From NCBI GenBank assembly GCA_949474265.1, contig CASXBC010000005.1:1-56509 (forward strand): a stretch of DNA of 56,509 bases, written 5' to 3'. Positions 39,626 through 49,102 of the stretch are shown one piece after another. The notes below the pieces were generated by a model that worked only from the letters and a program-made list of their open reading frames with translations, was not told the origin of the DNA and searched no databases. The translations under genes and the position numbers were made by a program. Source of the stretch: an uncultured bacterium. Lineage in GTDB: Bacteria > Bacillota > Clostridia > Christensenellales > UBA1242. The stretch's first letter is position 1. Each line of letters opens with the position of its first letter.

Positions 39626-40487
39626 ATGAATTGGATGAGATTTTCTCTTCACTTCTTTTAAAATATTTTTTATAAGAATTTTTGCAGAAGTTTTTGTGTG
39701 ATTTTTGTTCATGATTGTCTGGGTCGTTGAAGTTGTATCTTCCGTTGACCTTCCAGCTATTGAAAAATCCTATTTTGAAAGCGTCAGTTGGACAGAAGAA
39801 TGAACATCTCATGCACATAAGGCACTTTTTGCCAAAATGAAAATTACCGTCCTCATCAACTTTTATGTTTTGTGTTGGACAATTTCGATAGCACATGCCA
39901 CAGTGAATACATTTTTCGTTTACACTATATTTTGTGCCATTTAATCTTCCTCCCCAATGCTCAATTCTCATAATCCATGAGATTAAGTTTGGAAATGGGA
40001 AAAAACTGAGTTTGACTTTCTTTTTTGCTAGTATTTCTTTGCAGTCAACAGAGATGAGTTTTTGAGCTGTGTCCCACATGCGATAAGCCATAGCGTTTGA
40101 ATGTCTAAAAATCATGTTGTAAGGCATGACATAATGATATTCATTGTTTAAGATAAAGCCTTTTCTTTTTAAAATATGTCTTATCTTTGTAGAAGAGATA
40201 TTGTTTATTTTAAGTGGCTCACCAGAAGTTTTGATAATGTAAAGTTGTTTTTTCTCTTTAAGTTTTGGCAACTTTTTGCAGAAGGCAACAACATTTGATG
40301 GGGCATTAAATGCGTGGATTGGATAAGCTATACCAATGCTGTCATATTGAGTGAAATCAATCTCAATTTCTTTGTCTATTGAAATAATGGTTGTGTCACA
40401 GCCATTTGCTTTAAATTGTTCTCCAAAATATTCAACAACTTTTTTTGTGTTTCCTGTTCCTGAAAAATAACAGATTAATGTTTTCAT
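39624..40487 (-). CDS. EFR1-family flavodoxin-ferredoxin fusion
   Basis: YFSGTGNT; CIHCGMCYRNCP and CLMCMRCSFFCP. Confidence 0.92.
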   Translation of the reverse strand: MKTLICYFSGTGNTKKVVEYFGEQFKANGCDTTIISIDKEIEIDFTQYDSIGIAYPIHAFNAPSNVVAFCKKLPKLKEKKQLYIIKTSGEPLKINNISSTKIRHILKRKGFILNNEYHYVMPYNMIFRHSNAMAYRMWDTAQKLISVDCKEILAKKKVKLSFFPFPNLISWIMRIEHWGGRLNGTKYSVNEKCIHCGMCYRNCPTQNIKVDEDGNFHFGKKCLMCMRCSFFCPTDAFKIGFFNSWKVNGRYNFNDPDNHEQKSHKNFCKNSYKKYFKRSEEKISSNS

Positions 40488-42040
40488 TTGTTTGTCCTTA
40501 TTTGTGCGTTAAAATTTTCATCCATAGAATAAATATAATTTTCATTTTTGTCATGAGAGTCATACCAAGCTTCAGCATAAATTTTGTCTTTTTTGCTGAG
40601 TCTGTCAAAATCCCAAGTGTAAGTGTCGTATGTGCAATTGTGCCAATGTCCACACCTAAGCACAGAGAATGGGGTTGCTTCAAATTCAAAATTGTCTTGA
40701 TCTGCCCATTTTAGCTTTTGGTAGACATCTCCTGTTTTAAAATCTTTTGAAAGCAATTTTCCACCATGCAATTTGGCCACTGCAATCAAGTCTTCTTTTG
40801 TGATGTTTGAATCCTTTTTATCAATATCAAACCCATAGTCAATGAGTTTTGCATTTTTGCTGTTTTTAAGTTTTTGATAGTCAAGTTTTTCTCCTTCAGG
40901 AGTTTTTCCGTCAACCATCAAATTGAACTTGTCCCATTCTTTTGGCAGATTTTCATAATTTTCTTTTCCGCCAAAGAAAGCAACAAGCTTTGCATTATCG
41001 TTATGTTTATACCAATATGCAGGGGAGTTGTCATCTTTGAACAAGCGTTTGATTGCAAATTTGGAAATCAGTCTTTTTGAAACAAGTCTGCCAAATTTGT
41101 AGTACCAATATATTTTTCCTATCTGCTTCCAATAATCTTCAACGTCTTGGCTGACATAATCAAAAAGTTTGTTTAATTTTCCGCCGTCATAAAACCACAC
41201 TCCATGAAAGTTTCTTGTGGCATTGAAATAAGGTTTAAAAAAGTTTTTGGTTGTACCTCCAATAAGCTTAAAGCCATCATTGAGGGTGTCATATCCTGTG
41301 ATTTGATTTCTGCCGTCAGCTCCTATATTGAAACATTGTCTCCAAAATTTGTTTCCAAGGTCTTTTTCACTGTCTTTTTTGATTATGTTTGCAATTAAAA
41401 CTCCGCTGTCATGTGCGGTTACCCATTCAAGAGGGGCATTGAAGCAAGTGTGAAACATAAGCCCATCACTCATGTTGTCTTTGAGCATGTTTGTGTGAAG
41501 CATAGCTGTTTGACGCAACACTGCCCAATTTTTGATGTTTGACTCAAGCACTGCAAACTCTCCACGAAGCTTTGTGATTGAATAAACATCAAGAGGGCTT
41601 ACAAGCAGAGGGTCTCCAACTCTTGCCCAAGGGTGAATATGATTTCTGTTTCCGTACAGAGCAACTGTTGAGGTGTGAATGAGTTTTGGCTGAACGGAAA
41701 GTTGTTCAATTGCTTGAATAAGGCTTTTCGCTCCAACTTCATTGCAATCAATTGCCCATTGTGGATGCTTGTCTGCTTTTGGCGGAATGACTGCCGCCAA
41801 GTTGATTACATAAGCGACATCTTCCACAAGCAGATTGCATGTTTCAAGGTCTTTAAGATTTCCATAAAGCACTTCGATTTTTTTCTTAAAAGGTTTGCAT
41901 TTCTTTAAGATTTCATTTTTTCTTTTTTTATCATTTGGCAAAACGAGAATCTTGACTTTATCAACATTTTCGAGTTTTACAAGTTCTTTAAGGGCTTCTC
42001 TGCCCATATTTCCTGTTGCACCGGTAAGAGCAATTTTCAT
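40484..42040 (-). CDS. NAD(P)-dependent epimerase/dehydratase-family (extended SDR) oxidoreductase
   Basis: TGATGNMG, NLAAVIPP, YSITK; long C-terminal extension. Confidence 0.88.
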   Translation of the reverse strand: MKIALTGATGNMGREALKELVKLENVDKVKILVLPNDKKRKNEILKKCKPFKKKIEVLYGNLKDLETCNLLVEDVAYVINLAAVIPPKADKHPQWAIDCNEVGAKSLIQAIEQLSVQPKLIHTSTVALYGNRNHIHPWARVGDPLLVSPLDVYSITKLRGEFAVLESNIKNWAVLRQTAMLHTNMLKDNMSDGLMFHTCFNAPLEWVTAHDSGVLIANIIKKDSEKDLGNKFWRQCFNIGADGRNQITGYDTLNDGFKLIGGTTKNFFKPYFNATRNFHGVWFYDGGKLNKLFDYVSQDVEDYWKQIGKIYWYYKFGRLVSKRLISKFAIKRLFKDDNSPAYWYKHNDNAKLVAFFGGKENYENLPKEWDKFNLMVDGKTPEGEKLDYQKLKNSKNAKLIDYGFDIDKKDSNITKEDLIAVAKLHGGKLLSKDFKTGDVYQKLKWADQDNFEFEATPFSVLRCGHWHNCTYDTYTWDFDRLSKKDKIYAEAWYDSHDKNENYIYSMDENFNAQIRTNK

Positions 42041-42247
42041 AATTTTCTCCTTATGTAATTTTTACTTTTAAATAATAGCACAACATATAAAAAATCTGCA
42101 AATTAATTAGTTAAAAATTTTTAAATGTTTTAAAAATTCTATAAATATTTGGTTAAAACTTTTTAACTAATCTAAAAATCAACTGCTTTTTTGTTGGATA
42201 TTGACTTTCAATATCAACAATGTTAAAATAATTTTGAGGAAAAAATA

Positions 42248-43348
42248 ATGGGGATGACATATAAACAGGCTTTGGAAGAATTTAGAAAAGGCTTTGACAA
42301 AGAGACATGGAAAAGGCATAAAAAAAGAAAAGCTATACTAAAAAGCTTTGCTAGGTTAAATGCTTCAGGAGCAGTACTTTGTACTAAAGAAGAAGTAGAA
42401 GAAAACAACTCAGTTTTTGTTAAGTCTTATAGGTTTATAGGCTTGAGTCATATTAATTCAAATGCTGAAGTTTTTAGAAACTTGCGTATGCTCAACGAAC
42501 TTCTTGTGCCTATTCTTGCAAAACAGATAGGGCTTGAAGGTGCTACATATCTATATAAGCAGGATAAAGGAGCTGTCAATTATGATGGGATTTTGGATGT
42601 TCTTAAGCCTGTGAAAATGCCAAATGCTCTTGTGAGCAAAAATTTTTTGAAAGAAAATGAAGAACTTTTTGATAGGGATTTTTATCATCATGACTGCAGA
42701 AGTGGTTATTCATTAAAATGCTTTTTGGATGATTTGAAATATATGGTAAAAAGAGAGCATCTGACTGTTGACATGGAAGAAATCAAATCAAGTTTTTTCA
42801 AAATGATGATTTTAGATTTGCTAACCTTACAGCTTGATAGACATGAGGGAAACCTTCCACTTATCTTAAATAAAACTGACAACAGTGTTAGATTTGGATT
42901 CATTTTTGATAATGAATTTTCCTTCAATGTCAAGTCATTCAAGGATTATGATTTGGAGAAAGATGAATATAGGCTTTTGAATAATGGTGGAAAGTTTGAT
43001 GTTGAAAAGGTGATTGACTCTTATGATAAAAGAATTTTAAAGTTGGGTGATTATATGTGGACAGTGTCTCCAACTTGCCACAAAAATTATCATTCTTGTC
43101 TGAAAGGTATTGCTATGCAAGCCAAGCTTTCATCCAAAGCTAGAAAGATTTTGGCGGAGGTGATAAAAAACTTAGATGTTGAAAGTGCATTTGAATCATT
43201 AAAAGAGATGGGGGTTGAGTTTAATCCAGCATATAAGGATTTTACAAAGCAAATTGTCAATTATGGCAAAAATTGCTTTATAAAAGAGATGAACAAAGGA
43301 ACAATTGAAAAAAAGCCTACTTCAACTGAAAAAGAAAAAAATGATTAA
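42248..43348 (+). CDS. HipA/PI3K-like kinase domain protein
   Basis: FVK, NELL...LAKQIGL, LVSKNFL, LDLLTLQLDRHEGN, IFDNEFSF. Confidence 0.75.
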   Translation: MGMTYKQALEEFRKGFDKETWKRHKKRKAILKSFARLNASGAVLCTKEEVEENNSVFVKSYRFIGLSHINSNAEVFRNLRMLNELLVPILAKQIGLEGATYLYKQDKGAVNYDGILDVLKPVKMPNALVSKNFLKENEELFDRDFYHHDCRSGYSLKCFLDDLKYMVKREHLTVDMEEIKSSFFKMMILDLLTLQLDRHEGNLPLILNKTDNSVRFGFIFDNEFSFNVKSFKDYDLEKDEYRLLNNGGKFDVEKVIDSYDKRILKLGDYMWTVSPTCHKNYHSCLKGIAMQAKLSSKARKILAEVIKNLDVESAFESLKEMGVEFNPAYKDFTKQIVNYGKNCFIKEMNKGTIEKKPTSTEKEKND

Positions 43349-43353
43349 AAAAC

Positions 43354-43387
43354 AAAAACCACTTAAATTTTTGATTAAGTGGTTTTT
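43354..43387. terminator. Bidirectional terminator
   Basis: aaaaaccacttaa...ttaagtggttttt. Confidence 0.8.
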
Positions 43388-43390
43388 ATA

Positions 43391-44029
43391 TTATACTTCA
43401 AACTCTTGATTGATTTCGGGAATCATGAAATTGATAGATTCTTTTGATAGATAATCTTCAATTTGTTTTTTATCGTAAAGCATTTTGCCTGCATCTTGGT
43501 GGGCGACAATAAGCATTTTTGCTCCAACATCTTTTGTGGTTTGGCTTGCTCCCCACAAGTTCATTGAAGCGTCAAAGGCTGTGACATCTGCAAAAACAAT
43601 GTCTGCTTTAACATTGTTTTTAAAACGAATTGTATCGCTGGTGATGTAAAGCCTCTTTTTGTTGTCATCAAGGACAAATCCAATATTTTCTAATATTTCT
43701 CCATCTGCAGAAATAAAACCGTGAACAGCTTTGACAACGTTTATTTTTATTTCTTTTACAGAAAAACTATCAGCCTCTTTTATGATGTTGACTTTTAGCT
43801 CTGGGATGCAAGAGGCTACTTCTTTTGTAGAAAAAATCGGGATATCAAGTTCTTTTAGTGCATTTGCATTCATATGGTCGCTGTGTTTGTGAGTGATAAG
43901 CACCGCATCCGCAGTTTTCCAATCCTTTAAAAACTTTTCTTCAAAATTAACGCATCCTGGGTCAACCAAGAGACGAGTGTTGTTTGAAGAGTAAAGCAAA
44001 CAACTCTGTGGAAATTTCTTTATTTTCAT
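43391..44029 (-). CDS. Metallo-beta-lactamase fold hydrolase
   Basis: QSC, VDPG, ITHKHSDH, AVHG, TSDT, AH. Confidence 0.9.
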   Translation of the reverse strand: MKIKKFPQSCLLYSSNNTRLLVDPGCVNFEEKFLKDWKTADAVLITHKHSDHMNANALKELDIPIFSTKEVASCIPELKVNIIKEADSFSVKEIKINVVKAVHGFISADGEILENIGFVLDDNKKRLYITSDTIRFKNNVKADIVFADVTAFDASMNLWGASQTTKDVGAKMLIVAHQDAGKMLYDKKQIEDYLSKESINFMIPEINQEFEV

Positions 44030-44137
44030 TGCAACTCCTATTTTTATTATTATAACTAGAACTATTTTGAAAAAGCAAATGTATTTGATTGATTTACAAC
44101 AAATTGCTGTGTTATAATCACAATATAGAGGAAGCCT

Positions 44138-45571
44138 ATGTTATTTAGTTCAATGACATTTTTGTGGATTTTTTTACCAATAGTTCTGCTTTTGAACTAT
44201 TCTTTTTCATTTATAAAAAAAGAAAAAGTAAAATTTTTGTGTAAAAATATCAATCTTCTAATTGCTAGTTTGATTTTTTATGCTGCAGGTGGACTTTGGT
44301 ATGTTTTGGTGATGCTTGCTTCAATTCTTGGAAATTATCTCTTTGCAATTTGGGTAGATAAAGCGTCACAAAAATCCAATAAAATGAAAGTTTGTGCATT
44401 TGTGCTTGCAATAATATACAATTTGGGGCTTTTGTTTTATTTTAAATATGCAAATTTCTTTATCAGTATTTTAGAAAACATTGCTCACGCAAACTTTGGA
44501 CTTAAAGAGGTTGTTTTGCCTATTGGAATCTCTTTCTTCACTTTTCAAGCAATGTCTTATGTCATTGATGTTTATCGTGGCAAAGTGGCTTGTCAAAAAA
44601 ATCTTATGCTTTTGGCTCTGTATGTCTCACTTTTTCCACAACTTATTGCCGGTCCAATTGTAAAATATTCAGACATTGAAAATCAACTCAAAAACAGAAA
44701 GGAGACAGTTGACAAATTTGTTCAAGGCATAAAGCGTTTTATCTATGGTCTTGCCAAGAAAGTTATTATTTCAAATGCTGTAGGTCAGGTTGCAGAGTCA
44801 ATGTTTGGTGGGGAGTTTTCACACATTGGCACAGCAGGAGCTTGGATAGGGATTGTGTGCTATGCAATTCAGATTTATTATGATTTCAGTGGTTATTCTG
44901 ATATGGCTATTGGTCTTGGAAAGATGTTTGGCTTTGAATTTATGGAAAACTTCAATTATCCCTACACAGCCACTTCAGTGCGTGATTTTTGGAGAAGGTG
45001 GCATATTTCTCTTTCAACTTGGTTTAAGGAATATGTTTACATACCGCTTGGCGGAAATAGAAAGGGAAAGGTGAGGACTTATCTCAATCTGTTTATTGTT
45101 TTTCTTCTGACAGGAATATGGCATGGAGCAAACTACACCTTTTTGATTTGGGGTGTTTTATATGGGGTTTTCCTTGTGATAGAAAGATTGTTTTTGGGCA
45201 AATGGCTTGAGAAAAACAAGTTTAAACCTTTAAATTGGTTGTATACAATGTTTGTTGTTGTGCTGCTTTGGGTTTTCTTCAGGGCGGACAATGTGGTGCA
45301 GGCAGGGCAATATATTGCAAAACTTTTCAACTTTTCTTCTGGCACAGCAATGCTTCAACAAATTGTCAATCTTTGGCAATGGCTTATGCTTTTCATTGGA
45401 ATTTTGTTCTGTGGCCCAATGCAGAGACTTTGCGGAAAAATGTATGCTAAGGTCAAGGACAAAACATGGTTTTTCTGGGTTGATTTTTGTTTTCAAATAT
45501 TCCTATTAATAGTGTGCGTGATTTTCCTTATCAACAGTACGTTCAATCCATTTATTTATTTTCAATTTTAA
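44138..45571 (+). CDS. MBOAT O-acyltransferase (AlgI/PatA-like)
   Basis: LPIGISFFTFQ, FPQLIAGPI, YYDFSGYSDMAIG, FWRRWHISL, WHGA, NPFIYFQF. Confidence 0.96.
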   Translation: MLFSSMTFLWIFLPIVLLLNYSFSFIKKEKVKFLCKNINLLIASLIFYAAGGLWYVLVMLASILGNYLFAIWVDKASQKSNKMKVCAFVLAIIYNLGLLFYFKYANFFISILENIAHANFGLKEVVLPIGISFFTFQAMSYVIDVYRGKVACQKNLMLLALYVSLFPQLIAGPIVKYSDIENQLKNRKETVDKFVQGIKRFIYGLAKKVIISNAVGQVAESMFGGEFSHIGTAGAWIGIVCYAIQIYYDFSGYSDMAIGLGKMFGFEFMENFNYPYTATSVRDFWRRWHISLSTWFKEYVYIPLGGNRKGKVRTYLNLFIVFLLTGIWHGANYTFLIWGVLYGVFLVIERLFLGKWLEKNKFKPLNWLYTMFVVVLLWVFFRADNVVQAGQYIAKLFNFSSGTAMLQQIVNLWQWLMLFIGILFCGPMQRLCGKMYAKVKDKTWFFWVDFCFQIFLLIVCVIFLINSTFNPFIYFQF

Positions 45572-45580
45572 GGAGTTTTT

Positions 45581-46696
45581 ATGAAAAAGAAAATTGCTGC
45601 AATTGTCATTTTTATTTTCGTTTTGGTTTTTCCAATGGTCAGCTGGCCAATTCTTTTTCCGCTCGACAATACCGAACTCAATGAAAATCGAAAGCTGGCA
45701 GAGTTCCCTCAGTTCAACAATGAATTCTTTATAAATTTTGACAAATACTTCACTGACCATGTTCCTTTTAGAAATGATTACATTAGATTTTATTCAAAGT
45801 TTGATAATTGGTTTAATAAAGTATATAGCAAACTTTTAAACTCAATGGGGTATTATCATTTTGTCTCAAAGGGGAATGTCCTTTTTGGAAAAGAAGATTG
45901 GCTTTTTTATCTTGGGGATGATAGTTTGAAGTATTATGTGGGGTCAAATCTTCCAACTAAAGACGAGCTTGATACAATGATTGAAAAATTGGAAAAGGTG
46001 GACAGATATTTTAAATCTTTGGGAAAAGAGTTTGCAGTGTTTATTGCACCAAACAAAGAACAAATCTTCTTTGAGTTTATGCCAGATGGCATTAGAGTTG
46101 TAAATCAAAAGAAAAGAATGGATATGATTTTGGAGTATTTGCAAGAGAATTCTGATGTCAAGTTTATTTATCCAAAAGAAGAGATTTTGGAAGCCAAGAA
46201 AGATAGACAAGTCTATTACAAATATGATACGCATTGGAATTTGGCAGGAAGCTATGCTGGTGTTTTGCCATTACTTGAAGCACTTGGAATTTCAGCTGGC
46301 GAGGGGATACTTACAGAAGTCGTTGCGACAAATGGTGATTTGACGGATATGATAGGTGAGGAACGCAAAAAGAGTATTGGATATGATTTGATATATCGTC
46401 CAGAGTATAGCTATAATATTGTAAATAACAATGACAATTTTACTTGTTCAAGCACAAATCAAAATGGAAAAAATTTGCTATTGCTTGGAGATTCTTTTAG
46501 AATAGATATGATACCAATTCTTGCAAAAGAATATCAAACATCAAATTTCTATCCAAGTACTTATTTTTCAAATAAAACACCTTGTGAGGCTGAATTTGCA
46601 GCTGCAGATACCATTATTTTTGAATCTGTAGAAAGATATGAAAAGAGCAGATTTTTGGGCTTGGTTGATAAATTTATTGAAATGTATAATTTATAA
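45581..46696 (+). CDS. AlgJ/AlgX(PatB)-like SGNH O-acetyltransferase
   Basis: N-terminal TM, ENRKLA, GKEDWLF, APNK, DTHWN, GDL, GDSF, VER. Confidence 0.9.
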   Translation: MKKKIAAIVIFIFVLVFPMVSWPILFPLDNTELNENRKLAEFPQFNNEFFINFDKYFTDHVPFRNDYIRFYSKFDNWFNKVYSKLLNSMGYYHFVSKGNVLFGKEDWLFYLGDDSLKYYVGSNLPTKDELDTMIEKLEKVDRYFKSLGKEFAVFIAPNKEQIFFEFMPDGIRVVNQKKRMDMILEYLQENSDVKFIYPKEEILEAKKDRQVYYKYDTHWNLAGSYAGVLPLLEALGISAGEGILTEVVATNGDLTDMIGEERKKSIGYDLIYRPEYSYNIVNNNDNFTCSSTNQNGKNLLLLGDSFRIDMIPILAKEYQTSNFYPSTYFSNKTPCEAEFAAADTIIFESVERYEKSRFLGLVDKFIEMYNL

Positions 46697-46778
46697 TAAT
46701 GACTTATAATTAAAAATAATTATATTGGATACAACTTTTGAGACAAACTGTTTTAAAAGCTATTATCAGTAGAAATTA

Positions 46779-46808
46779 AAAAAAATCTTGCTTTTGCAAG
46801 ATTTTTTT
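46779..46808. terminator. Bidirectional terminator at tRNA 3' end
   Basis: aaaaaaatcttgc-tttt-gcaagattttttt. Confidence 0.8.
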
Positions 46809-46882
46809 GGAGCTGATGGCGGGAATCGGACCCGCGACCCCCACCTTACCAAGGTGGTGCTCTACCGCTGAGCCACATCAGC
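46808..46882 (-). tRNA. tRNA-Thr(GGT)
   Basis: GCTGATG/CATCAGC acceptor stem; anticodon arm ccacc-ttGGTaa-ggtgg; T-arm gcggg-TCCGATT-cccgc; encoded CCA. Confidence 0.96.
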
Positions 46883-47023
46883 ATTTTTACTAACTTAAAT
46901 TAGCATAATTTAAAATTTTTGTCAACAATTTTATGTCTGTATTATATTGAAATACAAAGTTGAAGGGTTTGTTTCTTTTTTATTCTACTTTGAAGAATTG
47001 TACATTTGTGTTATTATAATTAT

Positions 47024-49039
47024 ATGAAAATGAAATTGCTTTCTCCAGCAGGGGATTTTGAAAGTCTTAAAATGGCAGTATATTACGGTGCAGATGAGGT
47101 TTATCTTGGTGTTAAGGATTTTAACGCCAGAAACAACATTGAGGGCTTTTCGCTTGATAACTTGAGGCAGGCGGTTGACTTTGCTCATTTGTTTGGAGTT
47201 AAAGTGCATCTAACTGTAAATATCTTGTTTGCAGATGATGAGCTTCAGAATGCTTTGAATTTGGTTGTGAAAGCTTTTAATATTGGTGTGGATGCCTTTA
47301 TTGTGCAAGATTTGGGATTGGCTAGTTTGATACATAAATTTTATCCAAAAATCGAGCTTCATGCAAGCACACAAATGGCTTTGCATAATCTTGAGGGAGT
47401 GAAGTTTGCTGAAAAACTTGGTTTCAAGCGGGTTGTGCTTTCAAGGGAGACTCCTCTTTCAGAAATTAGGAGAATTAAACAATATTCCAAAGTTGAAGTT
47501 GAATATTTTGCACAAGGAGCTTTGTGCGTGTCTTTTTCTGGAAATTGTTATTTGAGTTCTTATCTATGCAATGCAAGCGGAAACAGAGGAAAATGCAAAC
47601 AGTTGTGCCGTTTGCCTTATTCCTTTGAGAAAAACGGAAAAGTTTTGAAAGAGGGCTTTTTGCTGAGTGCAAAAGATTTTAATATGATAGATAAACTTTC
47701 TCGTTTAGCGGATGCTGGGGTTGATGCCATAAAGATTGAGGGGCGAGCAAGAAGACCCTTTTATGTGGCTATGGCAACAAAAGAATATCGTTCTGCTCTA
47801 AATGAGTTGGGCTATTGTAATGATAATTTAAAACTTGCCTTTAACCGTGAATATACTGCAGGCTATTTTAATGGAAATGGTGAGATTATTTCAAATTATC
47901 AAAGTCATATTGGTTTGGAAATTGGCAAAGTTGAAAAAGTAAACTATGGCAAAAAGTTTAATGAGATTTTTGTTCGTAGCAACAGGAAGCTAAACAAAAA
48001 ATCTTCATTTAAGTTTTTTGAAGGTGGAAAAGAAAAATGTGTTTTGACTGCTTTTGATTTGCAAGAAGTTGGAAAAAACTTATATAGAATTACAACCACT
48101 CAAAAGGCAAATGTTGGAGCAAAAGTAAATCTTATTGTTGATAATGATTTTGAGCAGACAATCCTAGCAAAGAAATTGAAAAGGAAAGTTGATATTTTGA
48201 TTTATGCCAAGGAAAATCAAAACATAAAAGCAGATGTAGCCTGTGGAGATATAAGATTTTCTCTTGAAGGAGAAATTTGCCAAGAAGCATTAAAGCAACC
48301 AATTTCTGCTGAGGAGATTTATCAAAACTTTCAAAAGAGTGAGATTTTTGATGCAAGAGTTAGTTTTGATTTGGGCAATGTCTTTTTGCAAAAACAAAAA
48401 CTTAATGAATTTAGGCGTAAAGTTTTTGAAAAGCTTGAGGATGAAATAAAATCTAAATATTATAGAAATGAAGTTCTTTCAAAAATAAACTTAGAGTTTA
48501 AAGAAAATGTAAAACCGTTTAAAGACTTTCAAATTGTGGAAGATAGTAAGTCTGAATTGTCGTGCAAAAATATAATTTATTCTCCTGAAGACTATGATTT
48601 ATGTGAAATTGAAAAAATGAAAGAGCGTTGTGAAAGAGAAGAGAAAAATTTTTATCTCGATACTCCAAACTTTGCACTTGAAAAAGATATTGAGTTTTTG
48701 AGGGATATAATTAGAAAAACAAAAGTAAAAATAGTGGCAAATAATCTTTATGCTTTTGATTTTGACACAGAAATAATATCAGGTGGCGGATTAAACATTT
48801 TTAATACGCAAAGTGCAAATTTTTTTGAAAAAGAATTTTTTGTTTCTGAAGGGGAGGTTGGCAAGCAGGTTGCATTTCCATACATGACATTAAGGCATTG
48901 TCCGATGAAATCAAATCTGGGTGCAAGTTGTGACAAATGTCCTTATCAAAATGGATTTGAATATCGTATGCAAAATGGCAAAGTTTTGAAATTAAAACGT
49001 AAAAAGTTGTCAACATGCACATTTTATTTGACAGATTGA
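47024..49039 (+). CDS. U32 peptidase family protein (RlhA-like RNA hydroxylase, long form)
   Basis: LLSPAG, GADEVYLG, HASTQ, GALCVSFSGNC...SGNRGKCKQLCR, KIEGR. Confidence 0.9.
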   Translation: MKMKLLSPAGDFESLKMAVYYGADEVYLGVKDFNARNNIEGFSLDNLRQAVDFAHLFGVKVHLTVNILFADDELQNALNLVVKAFNIGVDAFIVQDLGLASLIHKFYPKIELHASTQMALHNLEGVKFAEKLGFKRVVLSRETPLSEIRRIKQYSKVEVEYFAQGALCVSFSGNCYLSSYLCNASGNRGKCKQLCRLPYSFEKNGKVLKEGFLLSAKDFNMIDKLSRLADAGVDAIKIEGRARRPFYVAMATKEYRSALNELGYCNDNLKLAFNREYTAGYFNGNGEIISNYQSHIGLEIGKVEKVNYGKKFNEIFVRSNRKLNKKSSFKFFEGGKEKCVLTAFDLQEVGKNLYRITTTQKANVGAKVNLIVDNDFEQTILAKKLKRKVDILIYAKENQNIKADVACGDIRFSLEGEICQEALKQPISAEEIYQNFQKSEIFDARVSFDLGNVFLQKQKLNEFRRKVFEKLEDEIKSKYYRNEVLSKINLEFKENVKPFKDFQIVEDSKSELSCKNIIYSPEDYDLCEIEKMKERCEREEKNFYLDTPNFALEKDIEFLRDIIRKTKVKIVANNLYAFDFDTEIISGGGLNIFNTQSANFFEKEFFVSEGEVGKQVAFPYMTLRHCPMKSNLGASCDKCPYQNGFEYRMQNGKVLKLKRKKLSTCTFYLTD

Positions 49040-49070
49040 AAAAAGCAGACTAAAACATCTGCTTTTTTTT
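49039..49070. terminator. Bidirectional terminator
   Basis: aaaaaagcaga...tctgctttttttt. Confidence 0.75.
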
Positions 49071-49102
49071 AAATTAATTGTCTAAGCTTAGTGACTAGAA
49101 AA

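Noticed and set aside
42060-42240. AT-rich intergenic inverted repeats
   Set aside because: Imperfect and low complexity; explained by divergent promoters in AT-rich DNA
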